Below, one piece after another: positions 36,518 to 46,001 of a stretch of 64,000 bases of DNA; the stretch's first letter is position 1, and each line of letters starts with the position of its first letter. Both the position numbers and the translations under genes were made by a program. Location of the stretch: IMG/VR virus record IMGVR_UViG_3300021957_000014, positions 1 through 64,000 of that record. The stretch is one strand, 5' to 3'. The notes beneath the pieces were generated by a model. It worked only from the letters and a program-made list of their open reading frames with translations. It did no database searches and had not been told where the DNA came from. Source of the stretch: a virus. Taxonomy: Duplodnaviria; Caudoviricetes.

Positions 36518-38926
36518 ATGGCAGGAAGAGACAAAGGAATTACTGAAGCAGAAAAAGACCAGCAACGCAAATTAGAAACATTAAATACCAACTTGGAGAA
36601 AGCTTCGGGTAAACTTAATGGTACTTTTGCTAATCTTGTAGCTAATGTTGCTGAAACGAATAGAGAGTATGCTCTTGAGCTTGCAGAAAAGCGTCTAGAG
36701 ACTCGTGCTACATTCTCGGGATTTCTTGCAAGAAGTAAACTTGCTGCACACACTAGAGAGTTTCTGGCAGATAATGCTGACTCAGAGAAGGAAAGAGCAG
36801 AATTAAAAGCAAAACTTCTAAATGACGAGAAACTTGAAATTAATCGTAACAAATCACTAAATGCAATGAAAGACAAAGTGTTTAGTAAGCAGTTCTCTAT
36901 TGATAACAATATCACTATGGGTATTGAAGACCGTCTTAAGAAACAAACAGAGATTGACGCGATACAGCAAGAGGTTGATGCAAAGGAATCTGAAATTAAG
37001 AAGTTCCGTGCGAAACAATTTGCAAAAATTAGTAAAGAAGAAGAACAAGCACAGGAAGATTATACAAAGATGCTTAATGAGGCTTCTAAAAGTGAGGACT
37101 TTGATAAGTTTTCGGGTTCAGTAAAGAACCTTACAGGTGGTCTTCTAGATATCGGTGGTATGCTTGATGACGTTGTTAAGTTCGGTGAAGATTTACAAAA
37201 TGTTGCCAAAGGGATTCAGAGTGCATTTGGAAAGATTTCCGAGCTCAGTAATAAACTTGGTAACTTTATTGGTGACAGTCTTAAAAGCTTTGCAAGTGAG
37301 ATAGGCAATTTCTTCAAAGCTGGATATGCGAAACTTGAAGACCTACCAATAGTTGGTGGTGCTTTCACCAAATTGAAAGATATAGTCATGAGTCTCATAG
37401 GTTCTATTGGTGCTTTATGGTTAACCATGAAAACTAAGATGAAAGATTTAGTGAGTGGTATTAAAACTAAAGTTAAAGATGGTACATCTAAAGTCGGTGA
37501 GAAGTTCAAATCTGCAAAGGAAAGTATTACTAGTAAAGTCGGAGAGAAGTTCCAACCTGTTAAAGATGTGTTCTCTGAGAAAGCAAAACTCTTTCAAGGT
37601 AAGATGTCTGACTTAGGTAACACTATGAAGAACGGTGCAAAGACTATGGGTGGTAAAGGACTCAAAGCAATTAAGATGGCACCTAAGATGTTAATGAAAG
37701 GTGCAACAAGGTTTGTATCTCTACTTGCACGAATCCCAGCAATGTTAGCTGCAATCCCAGCATTACTTGCATCACCGTTTGTATTAATCGGTGCAGCGGT
37801 TCTACTTCTTGCAATTGGTTTAGTTCTCGTATGGATGAAGTTCAAAGACCAAATCATGGAAAAATTTGAAATGATGAAGACTAAGGTGACGGAAGTAGTT
37901 ACCAACATTGTAGATGGTTTCCTAGATGTCTGGCAAAGAGTAAAGAACTGGTTCTCTGATAAGGTGTTCGGTATTAGAAGTTTCTTAGGTCTAACCTCTG
38001 AGGAAGAAGAAGCAGAACATGCTAAACAAGAGGTAATCAAAGAAAAAGAAAAAGAAAAGGAAAGACTTAAAGAAGAACAAAAAGAAATCGCCATGCAGGC
38101 AAAAGAAGCTGAAATCGATGCACAGTTAAAAGCAGAGTTTGGTGAAGACGCTCTCAACTGGGGCTGGGGTAGAGGTGACTCTGATGCAAAAGATATGAAG
38201 AAACAGATGATGGAACAAGCAGAAGCTGACATTGACCAAGACATGGCAATGGATGATATCTCCTCTAAGGATTTACTTAAAGAAAGGAATCAATCTGAAG
38301 ATGATTATGATAATGTTCAAAATGTCATAGATGCAAGACAAAAAGAAGTTGAGAATAAGGTTAAATTTAGTAACTTAAAAATCAATGGTGAGGATGCAAC
38401 CGAAGAACAGAAGAGAGAGTACTTTCAAGAACAAGCAGACAAGGGACAGTTAGATGGTCGACTGGGCGGTGGACTAGAAAGATTCGAAGGAACAAAAGGA
38501 GTAACCACTCAAGAGCTTCGTGAAGAACAAGCAGCCGAAGTCTTAGATATTAATAGAGCTCAGAAAGAACTCGATACAAGAGAAGACTACATCCCAATGA
38601 ACAGGGGTGACAATGCCACAATAGCGAGAAGAAATGAACTCCAAGGAATACAATCAGATGATGAGGTCTTTGGTGATGGTGAAGGTCTTACAGAAAAAGA
38701 GAAGATGGAACTGACTCGTTTAGAGAGAGACCAAGGTGATAGGATTAAAGACTCAGCAGACCGTGCTAAAGAAATGGGGCCCAAGAGACCCGACCCTAGT
38801 ATTAATACATCTGTTGCACAACAAAACACTAATAACAATGTAACTAACAATACGATATCTGCATCACCTAATCCTAGACCCACAGATAGAACTATTAATA
38901 GAACTGCTACTGTAAATCAGAATTAG
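36518..38926 (+). CDS. Tape measure protein (gp29-like)
   Basis: 802 aa, helical and K/E/A-rich, 11-residue periodicity, central hydrophobic segment, C-terminal NNNVTNN; follows gp26/gp51. Confidence 0.75.
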   Translation: MAGRDKGITEAEKDQQRKLETLNTNLEKASGKLNGTFANLVANVAETNREYALELAEKRLETRATFSGFLARSKLAAHTREFLADNADSEKERAELKAKLLNDEKLEINRNKSLNAMKDKVFSKQFSIDNNITMGIEDRLKKQTEIDAIQQEVDAKESEIKKFRAKQFAKISKEEEQAQEDYTKMLNEASKSEDFDKFSGSVKNLTGGLLDIGGMLDDVVKFGEDLQNVAKGIQSAFGKISELSNKLGNFIGDSLKSFASEIGNFFKAGYAKLEDLPIVGGAFTKLKDIVMSLIGSIGALWLTMKTKMKDLVSGIKTKVKDGTSKVGEKFKSAKESITSKVGEKFQPVKDVFSEKAKLFQGKMSDLGNTMKNGAKTMGGKGLKAIKMAPKMLMKGATRFVSLLARIPAMLAAIPALLASPFVLIGAAVLLLAIGLVLVWMKFKDQIMEKFEMMKTKVTEVVTNIVDGFLDVWQRVKNWFSDKVFGIRSFLGLTSEEEEAEHAKQEVIKEKEKEKERLKEEQKEIAMQAKEAEIDAQLKAEFGEDALNWGWGRGDSDAKDMKKQMMEQAEADIDQDMAMDDISSKDLLKERNQSEDDYDNVQNVIDARQKEVENKVKFSNLKINGEDATEEQKREYFQEQADKGQLDGRLGGGLERFEGTKGVTTQELREEQAAEVLDINRAQKELDTREDYIPMNRGDNATIARRNELQGIQSDDEVFGDGEGLTEKEKMELTRLERDQGDRIKDSADRAKEMGPKRPDPSINTSVAQQNTNNNVTNNTISASPNPRPTDRTINRTATVNQN

Positions 38927-39144
38927 ATTAAGTCTGGGCCTCTAAGGATATCTGCTTTAGATACCTTTCGATTGTATTTGGTTTTGTCTTTTTGGACTTG
39001 AGTAAGTCCATGTGATGGTGTAGTCTTTCTAACCTTTATTTCAGTTTTCTTCTTACCAAAGATTGCTTCCCAATTATCTGAGTATGCTTTCTCGTTAGAA
39101 TTTCTACGTTTAGAACCTTTTCCGCCATGCCATTGTTCTGCCAT
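38923..39144 (-). CDS. Small basic hypothetical protein
   Basis: GGKGSKRR...NWEAIF and DKTKYNRK motifs. Confidence 0.7.
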   Translation of the reverse strand: MAEQWHGGKGSKRRNSNEKAYSDNWEAIFGKKKTEIKVRKTTPSHGLTQVQKDKTKYNRKVSKADILRGPDLI

Positions 39145-39148
39145 AATC

Positions 39149-39394
39149 TCAACCTAACGGCCCTCTGAATCCACGTCTACCCATTGATGCTCTCTTAGCA
39201 TCTAACTTCTTACGTCTTTTTAGTTGTTGGTTCTTTTCGTTTTTGATAGTGTTAGGTTTGATATGATACTTCCTATCCCTACACTCTTGAACTATATTTG
39301 CCCTTTCACATTCCTTTTTGAATCTGCGAAGTAGTTGGTCGAACCCTTCTACGTTCCGATTCTTTGGATTTATTTTTGGTGTTACACTTGGCAT
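39149..39394 (-). CDS. rpsU: Phage-encoded 30S ribosomal protein bS21
   Basis: E.FDQLLRRFKK.CE...I..E.R.R.Y..KP is the S21 signature. Confidence 0.9.
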   Translation of the reverse strand: MPSVTPKINPKNRNVEGFDQLLRRFKKECERANIVQECRDRKYHIKPNTIKNEKNQQLKRRKKLDAKRASMGRRGFRGPLG

Positions 39395-39399
39395 AATTG

Positions 39400-39573
39400 T
39401 TCTCTTAAAAAGTGTGATTTCGCCCCGCGCCTTACAGCAACCCGCTCTTCACCGACCAACCCGCTATATGCTGTTAGTCTTTCCCTTACTGAGTACCCCC
39501 AATTTTTTTCCACGGTCTCAGTGATGCAGTCGTCTTTTTTCAAGGACACATTTTGAATATACACGACTGCCCC
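39400..39573 (-). ncRNA. Candidate structured RNA / rpsU leader
   Basis: GC-rich, follows TATAAT (39574-39579). Stems GCAGTCGT/ACGACTGC, ACTGAG/CTCAGT, ACAGCA/TGCTGT. Confidence 0.5.
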
Positions 39574-39592
39574 ATTATAAGAAACTTAACTA

Positions 39593-40492
39593 CTAACTAT
39601 CAGCAGCCAGTTTCTTAAAGTAGTCCATCGCATCATCTTCCGTATCAATCGGAGTAGATTCAGCTGATGCAACTACAGGTTCATCAGCAACTGACTCTTT
39701 GTTTACATCTGCCCAAGGAACTTCTTCCATGTCATTTGCAACTGATTCAGCTGTTGAGTTAGTTACTGCACCTGTTAATCCAAGAACTCTATCGAGTTTC
39801 TCTTTTAACTCTTCGTAAGATTTAAACTCACTTGGTGCAATAATTCCACTTAAGCTATGTAGGTTGTTTACCACATCTACAAGCTTTTGCTCATCATCAA
39901 ATAAAGGTGCTTGTGTATCAAATTCAGATTTGTCATAGTTCCAGTAACCATCTACCTTTCTAATTTTAATCTTAAAGTTTGCACCTTCTTCTCTGAGGTC
40001 AAAAGGATTGATTGCTTTCTCATCTTCAAATGCTGGTGAGATTGCTTCCTTGAGTGCTTCAAAGATTTTTTTACCGTAACGATATTTGAATACTTTACCT
40101 TCGTTAGCAGGATTTTTAGGGTCTGAGATAACAAGGATGTTAGACACATAATGTAAACGTCTTTTCTGTTTACGTGCTTGGTCTTTGTTTGCCTCAACAC
40201 CAGTATTCCATAACTGAGTATTGTATTCAGACACAGGGTCTTGTTTATTGACAGTCGTTAAAGACTTCTCAATATACCATCCGCCTGGGCCTTGGAAACC
40301 GTGGTCGAAATAAGATACCCATGGCATCTCTTCTCCCTCGGGGGTGGGTAAAAAACGAACTACAGCGTAACCGTTACCACTCTTATCGAGTTCGGGTTTC
40401 CACATAGTATCGTCTGAGTAGGATTTTTTTTCTCCGCCTGTTGGGGAAGCTGTTTCCATTGCAGCTCTTAGTTTATCTAAACTACTTGACAT
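39593..40492 (-). CDS. gp32: Single-stranded DNA-binding protein gp32
   Basis: WKP.LDKSGNGYAVVRFLP, HGFQGPGGWYIE.SLTT, GKKIF, GANFKIKIR, NYDKSEF, acidic tail. Confidence 0.97.
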   Translation of the reverse strand: MSSSLDKLRAAMETASPTGGEKKSYSDDTMWKPELDKSGNGYAVVRFLPTPEGEEMPWVSYFDHGFQGPGGWYIEKSLTTVNKQDPVSEYNTQLWNTGVEANKDQARKQKRRLHYVSNILVISDPKNPANEGKVFKYRYGKKIFEALKEAISPAFEDEKAINPFDLREEGANFKIKIRKVDGYWNYDKSEFDTQAPLFDDEQKLVDVVNNLHSLSGIIAPSEFKSYEELKEKLDRVLGLTGAVTNSTAESVANDMEEVPWADVNKESVADEPVVASAESTPIDTEDDAMDYFKKLAADS

Positions 40493-40590
40493 TGTATTCT
40501 CCTATTGTATTACAATTGTATTTGCATTTTATCGCATTATATCAAGATACTCGTAAGTATCCATTCTTCACTACTTTCATAGTATAATTC

Positions 40591-40619
40591 ATTATAGTCT
40601 ACTTTCATGAAACCGTCAA
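40591..40619 (-). promoter_or_regulatory. sigma70-like promoter of gp32
   Basis: TTGACG-17 bp-TATAAT. Confidence 0.8.
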
Positions 40620-40669
40620 TAGGCTTTTTCAATAGACTGTAATGTATTATTTAGGTAAAGCTAAAACTC

Positions 40670-41263
40670 TTATGTAGAACATATTTCTAGAAGTTTTGCT
40701 TTGTATTTCTTTTGGTCGTATGTTACAAACGACTTGTATTTGTTAATTCTAATGTGTAAGTCGGGATAGACTACCTTCTCTGAGATAAGTCTTTCCCAAT
40801 CTTTAGTGAAACCAATTATCTCATCCATGATGCAAATGGTTTCTAAACTTACATCCTTACTCATGTAAGCTTTCAGTAGTCTAGGGTGTTGACCATCTAC
40901 TACCTTAAGTTGTGTTTGAATCTTGAACTTTCGTATCAAGTCATTCACCTCTGTTTCAAACATATAACCAAGCTTCTGATTTCTCTTCTTCCATTCCTTA
41001 TATCTCTTATCACATTCTTTGTCTAGAAGGTCACCCGCCCAGAAATCTTTGTAAGATAGATTTGCAATGTAGAAGTCTTGTAGTTCTTGTTTATATGTTC
41101 TGAACAACTTACCAAAATGGTATTTGTCTTTACGTTTAAGAAAGGATTTGATATCCGACTTTACTTTTCCGTTGTACTTGACGAAATCATAATCCTTAGA
41201 GTGGAAGTGAAGTTTTATACCTAAGTATAAAGTGTACGCATCATATCCTTCTCTAGAAGTCAT
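40670..41263 (-). CDS. gp59: Helicase loader gp59
   Basis: Y..YL.IKLHF....YDF.KYNGK, F.KRKD.Y.F, HP.LL......VSLET. Confidence 0.92.
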   Translation of the reverse strand: MTSREGYDAYTLYLGIKLHFHSKDYDFVKYNGKVKSDIKSFLKRKDKYHFGKLFRTYKQELQDFYIANLSYKDFWAGDLLDKECDKRYKEWKKRNQKLGYMFETEVNDLIRKFKIQTQLKVVDGQHPRLLKAYMSKDVSLETICIMDEIIGFTKDWERLISEKVVYPDLHIRINKYKSFVTYDQKKYKAKLLEICST

Positions 41264-41571
41264 TAAGTAATAATCTTCTTCTCTGCTGGAACTTCAACTC
41301 TAGGAGCTTCTTTCTTTCCTGTTGCAATGTCATATGCGTCAGCAACACCTTTGTTTGATTCTGTCACAAACACATAGTTGTTAAACACAATCGACTCGGG
41401 AGCTTCACATCCTGTTACCGCTACACCTCTTGCAAATCCCATCCCACCATCGGGGTTTGAAACTATCATTTTTGGTTGAGTCAATGTAATAGTTGTATCC
41501 AACTGACTGTCGAACTCACCTACGTACTCACCACTAATTGCCACTACTGTGACTGTATCACCTTTTTTCAT
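41263..41571 (-). CDS. Hypothetical protein (Sm-like fold possible)
   Basis: 102 aa; GD.VT.....GE.VG pattern. Confidence 0.7.
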   Translation of the reverse strand: MKKGDTVTVVAISGEYVGEFDSQLDTTITLTQPKMIVSNPDGGMGFARGVAVTGCEAPESIVFNNYVFVTESNKGVADAYDIATGKKEAPRVEVPAEKKIIT

Positions 41572-41577
41572 AATTAC

Positions 41578-41814
41578 CTACTTGTTAAAGAAACCTGTAA
41601 TGGTTCCTTGTGCTGATGAACCCCTGTTTATCATTTTCAAACCAGTTGCTTCTGCTTCTAATTTTTCTTTGAGAGGTTGGGATATTAACCTCTTTGCTGA
41701 TTCGGGTTCGACCTTGTTGTCGTCACAAACTTTTATGATTGCTCCCATAACATCTGTCTTACCACCTATCAATAACTTTTCCACTTGTTCCGTAAATTCT
41801 TTTTTACTTATCAT
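41578..41814 (-). CDS. gp33: Late transcription coactivator gp33
   Basis: F...VE..., AII..C....VEPE....LIS.PLKEKLE.EA. Confidence 0.9.
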   Translation of the reverse strand: MISKKEFTEQVEKLLIGGKTDVMGAIIKVCDDNKVEPESAKRLISQPLKEKLEAEATGLKMINRGSSAQGTITGFFNK

Positions 41815-42146
41815 CGGTACAGTGCCTCTCCGTCTTTGATAAACGAATGTGTAACTTCTGTAAAACCTTTTCTATCTGAAATCCAATCCTCTTCATCATC
41901 AAATGTTTCTGAATACTCGATGAGTTCTCTAATAGCATCATCAACATGATAACCATTGAGGTGTGCATAGTTTGGGTCAATTACGTTTTCTATTTCAAAC
42001 CCAACTTCAACTTCTCCATCCTCGATGAACTCTTCAATCATGGTATCACATATACCTAAAACTTCTAGTGCTTCTGCACTGATTCTCTTTTCTTTTATTA
42101 ATGAAACATGATGTCCTTCATGCACTCTTATTCTGATATCTTCCAT
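41811..42146 (-). CDS. Acidic hypothetical protein
   Basis: 111 aa ORF coupled to both neighbours. Confidence 0.7.
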   Translation of the reverse strand: MEDIRIRVHEGHHVSLIKEKRISAEALEVLGICDTMIEEFIEDGEVEVGFEIENVIDPNYAHLNGYHVDDAIRELIEYSETFDDEEDWISDRKGFTEVTHSFIKDGEALYR

Positions 42147-42147
42147 A

Positions 42148-42816
42148 TTATACTCCGTGAAGGTTACCGTACTGTTCTCTTAACTTATATAAATCTTCAA
42201 CATAGTCCATAGGGTCTGCTGAGAAGATTTGAAAGCTCCCGTTTTCTAGACTCACAATAGCAGTAATCTCTTCGATTGGTGTTCCTGTAAGTTCTTCCAC
42301 CATAACTGCATATGCAGTCATTTGATAGAACCAAGGTTTTGCCATATACTCTTCCTTAAAAGAAGCTGAGGTCTTGAAATCTATAATGGATAATGCATCT
42401 TCGAACACTCCGATGCAATCCACACGTCCAGCCATTTCCAAGTGCCTAGAGAGCAATGGTGCCTCTAAAGCAATCGGTACTATTTCATCTAGTACTGGTT
42501 GAACTCCTTTAAATCTGTTTTCTTCGATGATGTCGGTAAAGGTCAATTCCTTTCCTTCATATCTTAGGTAGTCTTCTACGACTTGGTGGAATGATGTACC
42601 ACGTTTGGCTGCACCAGTTGATATACGATTGGCTGTATCTTCACCAACTCGTTCTCTCCACAATTTGATATGTTCTCGATTGAGTAAACCAACAACGGTT
42701 GTTACACTTGGATAGTGAAAGTCTTCATCACCATTTGTGTAAAATCTCTTACCGTCTTTTTGAACGGTATGTAAATCTAAGTGTTCTAATTCCCACAGTT
42801 CTAATAAATTACTCAT
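42148..42816 (-). CDS. PD-(D/E)xK exonuclease (Cas4-like)
   Basis: YPSVTTV, WRERVG, RGT.FH, AGRVDCI, IIDFKTS, Q..AYA.M. Confidence 0.9.
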   Translation of the reverse strand: MSNLLELWELEHLDLHTVQKDGKRFYTNGDEDFHYPSVTTVVGLLNREHIKLWRERVGEDTANRISTGAAKRGTSFHQVVEDYLRYEGKELTFTDIIEENRFKGVQPVLDEIVPIALEAPLLSRHLEMAGRVDCIGVFEDALSIIDFKTSASFKEEYMAKPWFYQMTAYAVMVEELTGTPIEEITAIVSLENGSFQIFSADPMDYVEDLYKLREQYGNLHGV

Positions 42817-42825
42817 AAGTCTATT

Positions 42826-43134
42826 CTACTTCTTTCTTGATTGAATGTCTAGATGCTTTTTAACTATTTCTTTAGTCTTAACTTCTTTGACTCCACGTTG
42901 TCTATGTCTGTCCATAGGTGAGCCTGGGTTTGCAGAAGAAATTTTATTGAGGACTTCTTTGAAGCCATTATCAAGTTTCACCCTGTCACCATGACCACCA
43001 ACAATGCTTGGCGTTCCAAGTATAACTTGTTTGAGGTGTGGGTTGTCTTCTTTGAATTGGTCGAGTTTGGTATAAGACATATTATGCTCTTCAATCTCAC
43101 CAGTTTCATTATTTAAAAAATCATATAGAGGCAT
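42826..43134 (-). CDS. FmdB-like small regulatory protein
   Basis: Probable start MPLYDF.N.ETGE...NPHLKQ; GFKEVL.KI. Confidence 0.75.
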   Translation of the reverse strand: MPLYDFLNNETGEIEEHNMSYTKLDQFKEDNPHLKQVILGTPSIVGGHGDRVKLDNGFKEVLNKISSANPGSPMDRHRQRGVKEVKTKEIVKKHLDIQSRKK

Positions 43135-43657
43135 ACATAAACTCGGGTGTTGGTCTTGCAGTCCATACTGCAAAATCTTTTTTGTATTTGTTGTAGTATT
43201 TATGGTAACCATCTATAGATGATTTCATTTTGACATCATCGGGCATACATTGAGGTGGTTCTCTCCACGCACAAAGGTCAATATTGTTTGGTAACTGGTT
43301 TAGTAAATCCAGTAGTTTTTCCTGCGTTAAATGGGCCCTGGCATAACGATGGGTGTACTCCTTACACAAAGCTGCAAATAGGTCATATACAAATTGGTAG
43401 TGAACTGCGTTCTCTCGAACCCATATATTGGATGGGTGGTTGACGTGTGAAGCCTTGTATAAGTTTTCCATTTCACCTTCAAGTCTCCATCTTTGAATTC
43501 TACGACCACTCGAATCGTCAATATAATGTTTACCATCTAACATTCTATGTGCAGTGGACAAAAGCTGAGCGTATTCTATAATCATTTTGACTACATGTTT
43601 GTCGCAATGTAGTTCAGCTGCAATTTCGGGTTCTTCGTGTAAGTAAAATATATTCAT
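43121..43657 (-). CDS. denV: Pyrimidine-dimer DNA glycosylase / endonuclease V family
   Basis: MNIFYL...P..AA..HCDKHVVKM..EYAQLLSTAHR, LYK..H.NHP...W, PPQCMPD. Confidence 0.85.
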   Translation of the reverse strand: MNIFYLHEEPEIAAELHCDKHVVKMIIEYAQLLSTAHRMLDGKHYIDDSSGRRIQRWRLEGEMENLYKASHVNHPSNIWVRENAVHYQFVYDLFAALCKEYTHRYARAHLTQEKLLDLLNQLPNNIDLCAWREPPQCMPDDVKMKSSIDGYHKYYNKYKKDFAVWTARPTPEFMYASI

Positions 43658-44157
43658 TTGTAAAAGATGTGGTTGTTAATAGTTACAGTCTCATTCAATG
43701 AGTCTGCCCAATACGGATGTACACTGTCATTATGATAATGTGTGGCACCCTCGGTGATATCACCGTAATTATTCCATATAACTGCCCTTGCAGTCATAAG
43801 TGCAATATCCCATGTGACACTATCTTCGGGTATATCGGATTTACCATCACAAAACCACGAAAATTGACACATATGCCTCACTGGCATTGGATTGCCTTTC
43901 CAATTGGTGGCCCACTTGGCCTGAAAAACAACTGCACAAATATCATCGGGGTAATCTCTACTTTTTACTCGATTTTGCACGACTTGTGCTACTGCAATTT
44001 TACCAGCTACCGGCTGATTACCTGCTTCGAAGTAGATATTCTTTGCCATGCAGAAAATTTCACCATTTGGGTCGGAGGCCTGAACCTTCTGAGAGAAGGA
44101 ACCAGTCAAAAACCCTAAAATTGCACCAAAAACTAAATAGTAATGTCTCATTTTCAT
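43654..44157 (-). CDS. SleB-like cell wall hydrolase (Hydrolase_2) with signal/anchor
   Basis: CMAKNIYFEA, AVAQVV.NRV, CQFSWFCDG, GATHYH, NHIFY. Confidence 0.92.
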   Translation of the reverse strand: MKMRHYYLVFGAILGFLTGSFSQKVQASDPNGEIFCMAKNIYFEAGNQPVAGKIAVAQVVQNRVKSRDYPDDICAVVFQAKWATNWKGNPMPVRHMCQFSWFCDGKSDIPEDSVTWDIALMTARAVIWNNYGDITEGATHYHNDSVHPYWADSLNETVTINNHIFYK

Positions 44158-44360
44158 GATTTATACTCCACCCAAGCCTTAAAAACTGTTTCTGCCTGTT
44201 CCCTAGAAAAACCGAAGTTTTCCCTTAACCATCTTGGGGCTCCAAACATGTTAATTTCACCACTTTCCTGTAATAGGTCTAATTCGGGAAACCATTCTGC
44301 TGGTTCGAACGGCAAATCTGCCGATGATAGTTGATTTTGGTTCAAATGAAAATTACTCAT
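44154..44360 (-). CDS. Hypothetical protein
   Basis: L..LQESG.INMFGA...L...F conserved-looking phage motif. Confidence 0.7.
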   Translation of the reverse strand: MSNFHLNQNQLSSADLPFEPAEWFPELDLLQESGEINMFGAPRWLRENFGFSREQAETVFKAWVEYKS

Positions 44361-44602
44361 AAGTTTTCTATCTCCTTCAGATGGAACTCAACGTCCTCGT
44401 CTGATAAATGTCCTAAGACATCACTAGTTACACTAGTATTATAACACAACTCACCGTTTTTGAGAACCGCCAATTCCCATAAATCGTTTTTTCCGCCATA
44501 TGACATGTCATGCTTGACTACACTGGCACCGTAACCATTATGAAACTGGTGTACAATCTGTACACCGTTCAATTCTAACATTGTGTTCTCTTCAACAATC
44601 AC
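44357..44602 (-). CDS. Hypothetical protein
   Basis: F.NGYGASVV....SYGG...LWELAVL is a widespread phage family pattern. Confidence 0.75.
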   Translation of the reverse strand: MIVEENTMLELNGVQIVHQFHNGYGASVVKHDMSYGGKNDLWELAVLKNGELCYNTSVTSDVLGHLSDEDVEFHLKEIENL

Positions 44603-44766
44603 GTGTTGTCGCCATCTTTATATTTGACATCATCTTTGTCAAACTGTTTACGTTTTTCCCATGGAAACGGTTTATTAATGTGTAAACCTGCGAAGGTTAA
44701 GGACGCCATAATTACACATAAGAGAAACCCACCAATCGCACTAATTTGTACTACTTCCTGTTCCAT
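44599..44766 (-). CDS. Small membrane protein
   Basis: Likely start MEQEVV; one TM helix. Confidence 0.6.
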   Translation of the reverse strand: MEQEVVQISAIGGFLLCVIMASLTFAGLHINKPFPWEKRKQFDKDDVKYKDGDNT

Positions 44767-44767
44767 A

Positions 44768-44980
44768 TTAATACCCACTCGTTGTGTGAGCGTATTCATC
44801 GGGACAAGCTTCTTCCCCACAGATGCATACGTTCTCATCAAATTCCAATTCCGTTTGGAATGGATTCATATCAGCAGCGTTGGTAGTACCATACGTTGCT
44901 AGATTCATGACATCGTCGGCTGTCAATTTACCTTCTGTACGTTCTGCAATTAGTTTTGCACTTTCGTAATCTAAACTCAT
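44768..44980 (-). CDS. Hypothetical protein
   Basis: AGGAG RBS; C-terminal CxCG...C...Y.H.TSGY. Confidence 0.7.
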   Translation of the reverse strand: MSLDYESAKLIAERTEGKLTADDVMNLATYGTTNAADMNPFQTELEFDENVCICGEEACPDEYAHTTSGY

Positions 44981-44989
44981 ATTATTCTC

Positions 44990-45349
44990 CTATGAATTTG
45001 CATTGTAGTCGGCTTTGATATTACCACCAACAATTAGGTTTACTAAATCATCTGCAATGTAGGACTTTCCACCTACATGCCATTGACATTCGTTTAGAGG
45101 GACATGTCCGTCCTTCCAGTTATAAATCGTGACCAGTTCACGGTCATAGTCATAGTCTTCCATACCTTCTTCTTCGAAGTACTTGACATTCAGCACCCAC
45201 TCGCAATTAACCTTTGCATATGGGTCTGCATCTGTGTAGGTTGGTTTACCAAACAATGACACTAGAGTGTCATAACAAGTGGTTACATAACCTTTGAGTG
45301 ATGTCCCGCCGACACCCTCTGATTCAATTTCGTATTCTTTTATTATCAT
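44990..45349 (-). CDS. Hypothetical protein
   Basis: GTSL.GY....Y..L...FG.P, K...EW, TIYNWK, WHVGG. Confidence 0.75.
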   Translation of the reverse strand: MIIKEYEIESEGVGGTSLKGYVTTCYDTLVSLFGKPTYTDADPYAKVNCEWVLNVKYFEEEGMEDYDYDRELVTIYNWKDGHVPLNECQWHVGGKSYIADDLVNLIVGGNIKADYNANS

Positions 45350-45699
45350 ATTGCATTTACCTCGCTAATTAATTCTGACACATCGCCCACCCATGTAGGA
45401 TTGTCGATTTCATCGGAACGGAAAGTTCCCTCGATTTGTTCAATCGAAGTGATGTAGTCGAATGAACCATTCAACCCATTATACCTATTGACATGTTTCA
45501 TGACCAATGCAGCTGCACTAGCCTCAGTCAAACTAGGTGCATGGTAGTAAGAGTGTTCGCCCTCACCATAAGCATTCTCCTCGTACACGAGGGTTTCGAC
45601 ATCGAACCCAATGACGTAGTCTGACCCGCCCTTGAACTTATGGAAGTTGTCTCCATACTCTTCAAGATTTTGGGTGGTGATTACATATTGGTTTCTCAT
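45346..45699 (-). CDS. Hypothetical early protein
   Basis: Start MRNQYV after an AAGGA RBS, downstream of the promoter at 45732-45761. Confidence 0.7.
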   Translation of the reverse strand: MRNQYVITTQNLEEYGDNFHKFKGGSDYVIGFDVETLVYEENAYGEGEHSYYHAPSLTEASAAALVMKHVNRYNGLNGSFDYITSIEQIEGTFRSDEIDNPTWVGDVSELISEVNAI

Positions 45700-45731
45700 A
45701 ATTCTTTCCTTTGTTTTTTCATTATATACAT

Positions 45732-45761
45732 AGTATATCAAAAAGCCAGGGCCATTGTCAA
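45732..45761 (-). promoter_or_regulatory. Early promoter
   Basis: TTGACA-18-TATACT with extended TG. Confidence 0.8.
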
Positions 45762-46001
45762 GGCATTCTTAATTAAAAATAGTAGACCTACTGCATTGAG
45801 TAGTATCAATGCCCTGTCGTTCCATATAAAGGACACCCACAACCACAAAGTAATTCCAATCATAGAAAGACCTAGGTCATAGTGTGCCATACCCTCGATA
45901 CCTCTTAGAGACATCGCTGCAAGAACGAATACACATGCAGCCCACTTAACATACCAATCAGTGGTATGCTTAGGGGTTACACTTTTTTTCAACTTTTTCA
46001 T
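45738..46001 (-). CDS. Small multi-TM membrane protein
   Basis: DWYVKW...W.W...WNDRALI.LN; three hydrophobic segments. Confidence 0.7.
   Translation of the reverse strand: MKKLKKSVTPKHTTDWYVKWAACVFVLAAMSLRGIEGMAHYDLGLSMIGITLWLWVSFIWNDRALILLNAVGLLFLIKNALTMALAF

Noticed and set aside
39382-39564. 60 aa minus-strand ORF and overlapping plus-strand ORFs upstream of rpsU
   Set aside because: Non-ATG or RBS-less starts and atypical composition; better explained as structured RNA. tmRNA was also considered, but there is no tRNA-like 3' end or tag frame.
42148-42816. Cas4-like nuclease as evidence of a CRISPR system
   Set aside because: Stand-alone exonuclease typical of T4-like phages; no array or other cas genes in the window.
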